A stretch of 64,000 nucleotides of DNA from the NCBI GenBank assembly GCA_002269645.1, contig NIVC01001286.1, positions 1-64,000 of the forward strand, read 5' to 3'. The translations under genes and the position numbers were made by a program. A model generated the notes under the pieces. The model made no database searches. It saw nothing but the letters and a program-made list of their open reading frames with translations, and was not told the DNA's origin. This document shows, one piece after another, positions 53,860 to 64,000 of the stretch. The stretch's first letter is position 1. The number at the start of each line of letters is the position of its first letter. The stretch is from Macrostomum lignano. Its lineage: Eukaryota.

Positions 53860-54699
53860 CACCCCAACTGCCAGCCAGAAAACTGCCAGCCGACAACTGC
53901 CAGTCGACAACTGCCAGCCAGAAAACTGCCAGCCGACAACTGCCAGCCGGAAAACTGCCAGCCGACAATTGCCAGCCGACAACTTCCAGCCGACAACTGC
54001 CAGTCGACAACTGCCAGCCGAAAAATGCCAGCCGACAATTGCCAGCCGAGAAAACTGCCAGCCGGAAAACTGTCAGCCGACAACTGCCAGTCGACAATTG
54101 CCAGTCGACAACTGCCAGCCGAGAAAACTGCCAGCCGGAAAACTGCCAGCCGACAACTGCCAGCCGACAACTGCCAGCCGACAAGTTCTAGCTAATTGAA
54201 TCTACTGTAGCCTACTTATTAGCTAAGTAAAAAGCACGAAACTGTTTGGCTAGCAAAAGGCTTGTGGGGTAGCCTTAAATGTCGCCCTTCCCTTCCCTAA
54301 TATTTTCAGATTTCCATTAGAACTTTAGAAGTATATATGCGAAGGAGAAGGCATTCAAATTTCGTATTTTAGGTAGCCTTTGCTCTTTCTTTGAAAGAGC
54401 TGGCAGTCGGCTGGCAGTTGTCGGCTGGCAATTGTCGGCTGGCAATTGTCGGCTGGCAATTGTCGGCTGGCAATTGTCGGCTGGCAGTTTTCCGGCTGGG
54501 AGTTGTCGGCTGGCAGTTTTCCGGCTGGCAGTTTTCTCGGCTGGCAATTGTCGGCTGGCATTTTTCGGCTGGCAGTTGTCGACTGGCAGTTTTCCGGCTG
54601 GCAGTTGTCGGCTGGCAGTTTTCCGGCTGGCAGTTGTCGACTGGCAGTTTTCCGGCTGGCAGTTGTCGGCTGGCAGTTTTCCGGCTGGCAGTTGGGGTG
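53860..54699. mobile_element. Foldback element (about 840 bp): inverted arrays of 14-15-bp CTGCCAGCCGACAA / CTGCCAGCCGGAAAA units around an AT-rich spacer
   Basis: Left CACCCCAACTGCCAGCC... (to about 54185); right ...GGCTGGCAGTTGGGGTG (from about 54400). Confidence 0.8.
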
Positions 54700-55787
54700 G
54701 ACCCGCTGTAGAGGACCCCACAAGTAAACACGGAATTGACCCGCGATGCACCTGATTGCTCCGTTGCTGGCACATGCAGACCTAGCCGTTAGTAAAAAAC
54801 AATTGAAGCAGAAGCAAAACACAAACTTGTATTTGTTTTTTTGCAAGTAGGAAAAAGCACTGCTACTTGTAGCTATAGTTAAAATTTCATAATAATATTC
54901 TAAAATATTAATAGGCCTTTTAAAATTTTAAAATCAAACCAAACCAAACTTTTGTGTATTTTTCGATTGATCAACTTACGCTCGTAAGTTGATCAAAAAG
55001 TGGCCATTGCTTGAAAAAAGAGGCAGCTAAAGCTCTTATTGCTATCACATGAATAACATTCAGTTGGCGACCTTATTGGAGGCAAAAGTCTTAAAGTTCT
55101 ATTCTAATAAATACTAAAAAATAAAAAGAAAAAATAATAAATCACAGCCATGGACACTGCATGGTTCAAAAAGTGGCCTTGTTTTTGCCCTCATTTTTAC
55201 TTAACAGAGAACTACTAACTTTACTGAAATTTTACCTATATCTCAACTCAACAAGCGTAATTTAGAAAGCGAATAGCTTGCAATTTTATTCTGAATTCAA
55301 TAGCGTGCAAATCATGTCATACAATATAATTAATTTGTTTTATCTCTTAGGTTCAGATTCGTAGTAGAAGATGAAAGCTTGCGCATCAATTTAAAAAAAA
55401 TTTGTGATAAAACTATCCCACATGCACATTCACAGAAGTTTTACTGCAATTACAAAAGGGTAATAAAAGTAAAAAAATTACAGAAATGGTATGAACTTTT
55501 CATCGAAAAACATTACAGTAACAACACGAAACATTACACATTTTATAAGAATAAAATTGCGGCTTGACTTTTAATTTACTTATCAGAGATTAATTTCTTA
55601 AATCACCTTTCTTAAAAGAATAATAGAAAATAAAATTGAAAGTTGTTGAGGCGGAAATTTTATAGCGAATTAGAAGAACCCAGAAATTCAACGTCTTGGT
55701 GAAACCAACCAAGGTTAGGAAGGTGAAGTGCAACATGGAGCATAAAATTTTCATTCAAGTGTACTCAAAGTTTAGCGCAGAGTTTCA

Positions 55788-57293
55788 TTATTCTTCAGCT
55801 CCAGGCTGAAGATTGCCCTGACCTACCAAAGCCGAAAATTTGATGCCGCGAATTTGCATATCCGGTTCGAATTCGAAACGGTCTTCTAACCACTTAGTGA
55901 ACTTTTTATCAGCATTGGAGCAATACTCCGACACTTCATCGACGAGCTGTTGCTGTAGCGACTTGATGTCGTGAATGAGCTCCTTAGGCTGCACAAAGCT
56001 GTACTCGTGACGAACGTTTTTTAATTGATCGTTCGGTACTCCAGCCTGCACGTTGATTTGACCGGAAAACTCGCGCAGACTGGTAATCAATTGTTCCTGA
56101 TGTTCCGCGTCCAACTCTACGCTCAATGAGTAGACAACGCGTTTTCTCACATATCTCCTGTGTCGACTTGGAACTTCTGTGACAGCAAGCGTCCCTGTGT
56201 CAGTTCTCTGTCCCGACTTGTCTACTAAGATGATTGGCAGGTCACTAGTTGTTAAACTCTCTAAACAGTTGGTTAGAGTACTTTTCACAGCAGAAAAGGG
56301 ATTGCGTCTATCCGCTGACCAGGAGAGCAGGTTCTCCAATTGCTGCCAAAAGCTATTTGGCAGCTCCTTGAACACAGATTTGCTTTTGTTGATTTCCACT
56401 ACTGGCCCGCTTACGCACTTGCGAATCAGCATAGCACCATTGGCTTCGTTGGCTAAGATATTTGGTATGTCCTCATCGCATGCGGTGAAGGCGCTGCCCG
56501 GATAGTCTTGGAACGGCAATTCGCGGAAAACCGCCTCGCACATGAGAACGCCGAATGAAAATCGGTCGCACGCTTTGTTGTACCGTGCTCTGAGGCCGTC
56601 AGTGGGCTTTCGCAGCTCCGGTGCTCTCCAGCGATCGGTTCCGACCTTGGGCGTCATGCCTTCGGGGTCGACTTCACGGCAAGTGTCGAAATCGCAAAGC
56701 TTGCATTTAGTCTTCTTATCAAACATTAACACGTTTGCTCCTTTCACATCACGATGGATTAAACCGCTCTCGTGAAGGTACTGCATGGCATCGGCCACCT
56801 GAATCAGCCAATGGAACAAGTGCTGCTTCGTGTAGTAAATATTATTTGTAGGGTCTCTAGCCAAGCCATCACTCATCACTGGTACGATGTGAGTTGAATC
56901 CTGCAGTTTGTTGCACATTACAAAGCTGAGGCTGCACTCCCCGATCTCCATCAAGTAGGACGGAACGCTCGACGGGTCGTTGGGATCGACAGTCAGGCAG
57001 GCTTCGTACACAATCACGATGTTATTGTGTGACAAATCTCTCAGGCGATTAAATTCTCTTTTGCAGATTTCGATGGGACTTATCTGTGGCGCGCCTCTAG
57101 TAATCTCCTTCATAGCTACAGTAGTTCTTTCAGTCAGCTCTGGTAAAAGAAATCCGTTAGCCCAGTTTCTTTTCAGCTTGACTGAATGAATTCTAACGTA
57201 GTTGCTGCTCTGCTGAGAGATGGCGATTTCTTTTTTGGTCTCCAAATCCAGACAGTGGTACAGACTGTCTATTGGCGAGTCTACTCTTGGCAT
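55788..57293 (-). CDS. Intronless atypical TKL-like protein kinase 1 (501 aa from the ATG at 57293) with an unknown C-terminal domain
   Basis: VAMK, REF (alphaC Glu), HNNIV, HRDVKGAN, CKLCDFD, GTDRWRAPE, CDRFSFGVLMCE; no GxGxxG; no TM or signal peptide. Confidence 0.88.
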   Translation of the reverse strand: MPRVDSPIDSLYHCLDLETKKEIAISQQSSNYVRIHSVKLKRNWANGFLLPELTERTTVAMKEITRGAPQISPIEICKREFNRLRDLSHNNIVIVYEACLTVDPNDPSSVPSYLMEIGECSLSFVMCNKLQDSTHIVPVMSDGLARDPTNNIYYTKQHLFHWLIQVADAMQYLHESGLIHRDVKGANVLMFDKKTKCKLCDFDTCREVDPEGMTPKVGTDRWRAPELRKPTDGLRARYNKACDRFSFGVLMCEAVFRELPFQDYPGSAFTACDEDIPNILANEANGAMLIRKCVSGPVVEINKSKSVFKELPNSFWQQLENLLSWSADRRNPFSAVKSTLTNCLESLTTSDLPIILVDKSGQRTDTGTLAVTEVPSRHRRYVRKRVVYSLSVELDAEHQEQLITSLREFSGQINVQAGVPNDQLKNVRHEYSFVQPKELIHDIKSLQQQLVDEVSEYCSNADKKFTKWLEDRFEFEPDMQIRGIKFSALVGQGNLQPGAEE

Positions 57294-57918
57294 TTTTCGA
57301 ACCAAATCTGTTATTAGCTATTCAGAAAAAAACAATTCAGTATAGCTAAGAGCTAAAAAAGACAAGCAAGGTCTTTTATGTTAACTGCTTTGCAAGGGAA
57401 GTTCCACTTATTTTTTGTAACTTTTCATCCACTGTACTCTGCTGAGCAGAAAATGAGTCGCTATCTGAGGTGTGTGCGCGCGGTGTTTTAACAAACGCTA
57501 TTAGATTTAGTCTAGGCTGACTAACTGTGGAAAGAGCGAGTGTACACATGTGCGCACAATACCGTCTGTAGGGGCAGACAGGTTTCCACTGGGGTTGTTA
57601 ACAGAAACTAAAGAGACTTAAGCCCCAAACCCCAGATTTTGCGTACAATATGGTGTTTCAGCAAGCCGGCCGCAATGACACTGTCAAAGTGGCTTGCTCT
57701 CTTTTGCGAGTGAAAATTCTGCCCCCCCCCTCCTCCCCATTTACCACGGCTCAGTTTACTGTACAGAATATCGCATAAAAGCTAAAGCGGTGTGACCTTG
57801 ATGACAAGTGCTACATGCAGTTGTCCGCAAGAGCAATAATAGTGAACACACAAAATAGTGAAGCAAGATAATAGCATTTTAAACTATTCCAACAGTGCAA
57901 ACAAGCGAACTGAGTAGA

Positions 57919-59469
57919 ATGGCAGGTTCTAATAAAGGTCTGAATCGGTGCGTCTCGATTGAAAACAGCGAGACAGGACGCTCGCTGATGGCCCGATCCA
58001 ATCATCGAATCTACAAAAAGGAGCTGCAGGAGGACTTCTCATTGGAGGGCGACACGATCGCATTGCTTTCTAAAGGCGATTTCGTTGCTATGAAGCAGTA
58101 CTGCGGAAGTAGTAGCAAAAAGGACATGAAAGAACTATGCCAGAAAGAATATGAGCTGTTGTCAAAGTGCAATCACAAGAATATTGTCACCGTGCTGGAT
58201 TGCACCATGGAAGTTGATGAGAATAATCCAGAGAGTTGGCCCGTCATTTTTATGGAGCTCGGCGAGTGCAGCCTCCAGTTTGCTCTCACAGCCAAGAGGA
58301 AGAGCAAAAGTGAGTTCACCTACCCGACTGGAGATGGTGGCTATACCTGGGATCACTGTATTAATTGGCTTCGCCAGGTAGCCGAAGCCATGGCGTACCT
58401 GCATAATAATGGTATAGTGCACCGCGATCTTAAGAGTTCCAACGTGCTCCTATTCGAAGGAAAAAGGCTATGCAAGGTGTGCGACTTTGACATGAGCCGC
58501 TACTACGATCCCGATGGTATGTCGGTCGACATCGGCACATGGCGTTGGATGGCGCCAGAAGTGCGCAACTGGCGTAACGGCGACAAGAAGCTGCGCTACG
58601 ATTTTAAAGCTGATTGTTATTCGTTTGGCATACTAATTTGCGAATCCATCTATCGACAGAGGCCTTTCGACAGCTACGAAGAGCGTCTCTTTCAACGGTT
58701 GGAAATTCCAAGCACTCCGGACTTGGAATTAGACCTACCAGAGGCTTTCGGAGCCATGACGCTGTCGAGGCCAACTAGCAACGAAGACTGGAAGGTGGTC
58801 CTCGATCGCAGTAAGTCAGTATTCCCGTTGACAGATAATCTATGGAGGCTGGTTGAGAATCTGCTCAGTTGGAGCCCAGACCAGAGGCACGATGCTAACC
58901 TGATCGAGTCTAAACTTGCCATCGAGAGTCCGAGACCAGATCTGCAAGGCAGCAGCGAGTCAACACCTGATGGTGCAGATCTGCCGCAGCTCATCGACAC
59001 CGAGGCTGAGGCCGATGCTGAAGAACCGACTCCAACAGACACCGGCTTGCCTGGTAACAGAGTTTGCCCGCAGATACCAAGCGTGCGAAGAGTCGTCAAG
59101 CTGCTCTATTCGGTATCAACTGACGGCAGCAGCGAGCTCACCGACGAGGAGAAGTGCCGCATCGAGGAGGTGCTCAAACTACACGCGGACAATGTCTCCA
59201 GTTTTGTGTTGGAAGAGGAAGAACCTCGACAAGTATCGGACTCGGATACCGGAATAGAAGAGAGCCTAGCAAACTTGCGCACCAACTTCCGGTTCACTGA
59301 AGTCGGCCAACTGGAACTCGAGATCAGTGGCGCGAACCCGCAAACGTGCAGAACACTGGCTGGCTGCTGTCGGAAGGAGTCATTCATGAACTGGATGGCT
59401 GTATTATTCAAGCGCGAGATGCGACACAAGAGACTAAACAAAATACGCTTTTGCTTAGCTGCTGTTTAG
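57919..59469 (+). CDS. Intronless atypical TKL-like protein kinase 2 (516 aa from the ATG at 57919) with a related C-terminal domain
   Basis: VAMK, KEY, HKNIV, HRDLKSSN, CKVCDFD, GTWRWMAPE, ADCYSFGILICE; no GxGxxG; no TM or signal peptide. Confidence 0.88.
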   Translation: MAGSNKGLNRCVSIENSETGRSLMARSNHRIYKKELQEDFSLEGDTIALLSKGDFVAMKQYCGSSSKKDMKELCQKEYELLSKCNHKNIVTVLDCTMEVDENNPESWPVIFMELGECSLQFALTAKRKSKSEFTYPTGDGGYTWDHCINWLRQVAEAMAYLHNNGIVHRDLKSSNVLLFEGKRLCKVCDFDMSRYYDPDGMSVDIGTWRWMAPEVRNWRNGDKKLRYDFKADCYSFGILICESIYRQRPFDSYEERLFQRLEIPSTPDLELDLPEAFGAMTLSRPTSNEDWKVVLDRSKSVFPLTDNLWRLVENLLSWSPDQRHDANLIESKLAIESPRPDLQGSSESTPDGADLPQLIDTEAEADAEEPTPTDTGLPGNRVCPQIPSVRRVVKLLYSVSTDGSSELTDEEKCRIEEVLKLHADNVSSFVLEEEEPRQVSDSDTGIEESLANLRTNFRFTEVGQLELEISGANPQTCRTLAGCCRKESFMNWMAVLFKREMRHKRLNKIRFCLAAV

Positions 59470-60278
59470 CGAAATCAACAGTCTATGATAACAAAACCTA
59501 AAGGCGGGAAGTAACAGAACCGGCGGTATCTTTGAACAAGATGCCCATTCCATCCAATTAGACATTGATTCTCGCGGCTGGTGTACATGAAACATTGGTA
59601 TGAACAAGCCTTAAGATACTAATTTGTTATTAAACAATAATCTGTAATAAAAATGCATTTTTTGATTTACTTTTATGCAAAAATCTTGGTCAGCATCAAC
59701 GGAGTCTCAATATCTAGCAAAAGTACAATTTGTGTGTCTAAAATAATTAGTGAATAGAAATGCACTATTAAAATTATAGAAGTATGACATAAGGAACGTA
59801 ATATTACATTTTTTCTAACTACTCGGTGTGTATAATCCTTCAATGCAGTTTTTCTTTGTATACACGTTTATTGCCTGATCAAAGCTTTAATTTCAATAAA
59901 CATGCGCTCGTCGACAGCTTTACAGTTTTGAGCTAAAAAATCACGATATCAGGAGATACACTAATCTATTGATCTATCGTTGTGATTGACAATCTCCCAA
60001 AGTCTAGAAAACAAAAAAGAAGTAAGATGTAACTAAAAAAACATGAATAGTAACTAAAAAGAACTCCTGTCAAGTATTATAGAGTTAGTAACGCTGAACT
60101 TCTCAAACACAAAAAAATACTATTCAATTTCTTATTGAAAATCATTCAAATGAAGCAATGTATGATACTGGTAAAACTGACAACTTAGGATGCATTTGGA
60201 TGCAAGTGATTGTCGAAAGATTAAATCAAAGCTTTCACCAGCCCAATGCAGTAAGCATTCAGTAGCCGCACTTCAGCC

Positions 60279-63227
<2,949 letters not shown>

Positions 63228-63554
63228 CTAGACCAATTAGAGGGTCGAAAATCGATTTACATTTAGATTTTGAGAAAATATAAATACTCGCATCCCAGAT
63301 TGTATTATTCATTTCGTAGTCACTATTACAAAAATTAAACTAATAATATGCTCGTAATATTTGTTTCATTTTTCTGCCATTTCTTGTTCTAGAACTCTTA
63401 TACGACTCAGCTTCAGGTATTAAACGACGATTAGATTTTATAAAGCAAGGTTTATTTGTAGCCCGTATATTATATTTAATAAGTGTTAGAGCTACATGCA
63501 ATGGTACATTAATAATAATAATAATAATAATAATACTTGATTACACCTGCCCCA

Positions 63555-63825
63555 ATGGGCAGATGTGCAACCGACAGCTCAGCCGCAGCTATTGCGCGGC
63601 ACATCTGAAGGCTGCGTACGGCTGTTCAGTCCAAGGACTGGGGGGTCGCCACACACACACCCTCAATTACCCCAGCTAATGCTGGCACCCATTTTACAGC
63701 TGGGTGAGCTGAAGCAATGCAGAGAGTTAAGTGTCTTGCTCAAGGACACAAATTGTTCCAGTGGGATCGGGAATCGAACCTCCGACCTTCAAGTCGTGAG
63801 TCCGACGCTCTAGCCACTAGGCAAC
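63555..63825 (-). mobile_element. Full-length CORE-type SINE copy with an adjacent (TAA)n tail
   Basis: Reverse complement of the 14848 SINE over about 270 bp; (AAT)n run at about 63510-63535. Confidence 0.88.
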
Positions 63826-64000
63826 AACGTAAATAGCAACGGCCGTTAAATTCGTGACCACTACAAAAGGAGCTTCGAGCTGATCTATTCATGGCTGTTT
63901 GCATTGTAACCTGCCTAAATATTTACTTCCGTGTTAAGATCTACTATAGACAAGGATGCAGAAAGAGCGGTTGAGCAGCTCAGAGGTAACGCGTCTGACT

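Noticed and set aside
57895-57918. GTG/TTG start codons given by the ORF track for the kinases and ENaC
   Set aside because: Eukaryotic genes; in-frame ATGs (57919, 57293) or an upstream ATG exon (31213) are more plausible.

Overview
Eukaryotic (animal) genomic DNA with spliceosomal introns, very rich in tandem repeats and DNA transposons. GC-rich codons, CORE-type SINEs and large minisatellites suggest an invertebrate, possibly a Macrostomum-like flatworm (inference only). Housekeeping genes: a 3-exon tRNA pseudouridine synthase (PUS3/DEG1-like, minus strand, 14350-18510) and the 3' exons of a kynurenine aminotransferase (minus, 60279-63227). Between them lies an accessory-looking region. 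It holds a tandem family of secreted proteins (signal peptide + PAN/Apple-like module + ALK/LTK-type glycine-rich domain, no TM, no kinase): 3 intact genes, 1 broken gene and 2 relics. It also holds a divergent DEG/ENaC channel, a STE11/MAP3K-like kinase, and a head-to-head pair of intronless atypical kinases (DFD instead of DFG, no Gly loop, shared unknown C-terminal domain). Mobile DNA includes a 4.4-kb CCC...GGG/TTA-TSD element carrying a BEN-domain ORF and a nested mariner, a MULE-hAT-hAT nest, a Crypton-like tyrosine-recombinase remnant, several MITEs, three SINEs, and a palindrome-rich 44-bp satellite with higher-order structure. Most long ORFs in the supplied track are artefacts of tandem repeats. 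Exon boundaries were read by eye from splice sites and frame continuity; family assignments come from motif recognition, not database searches.
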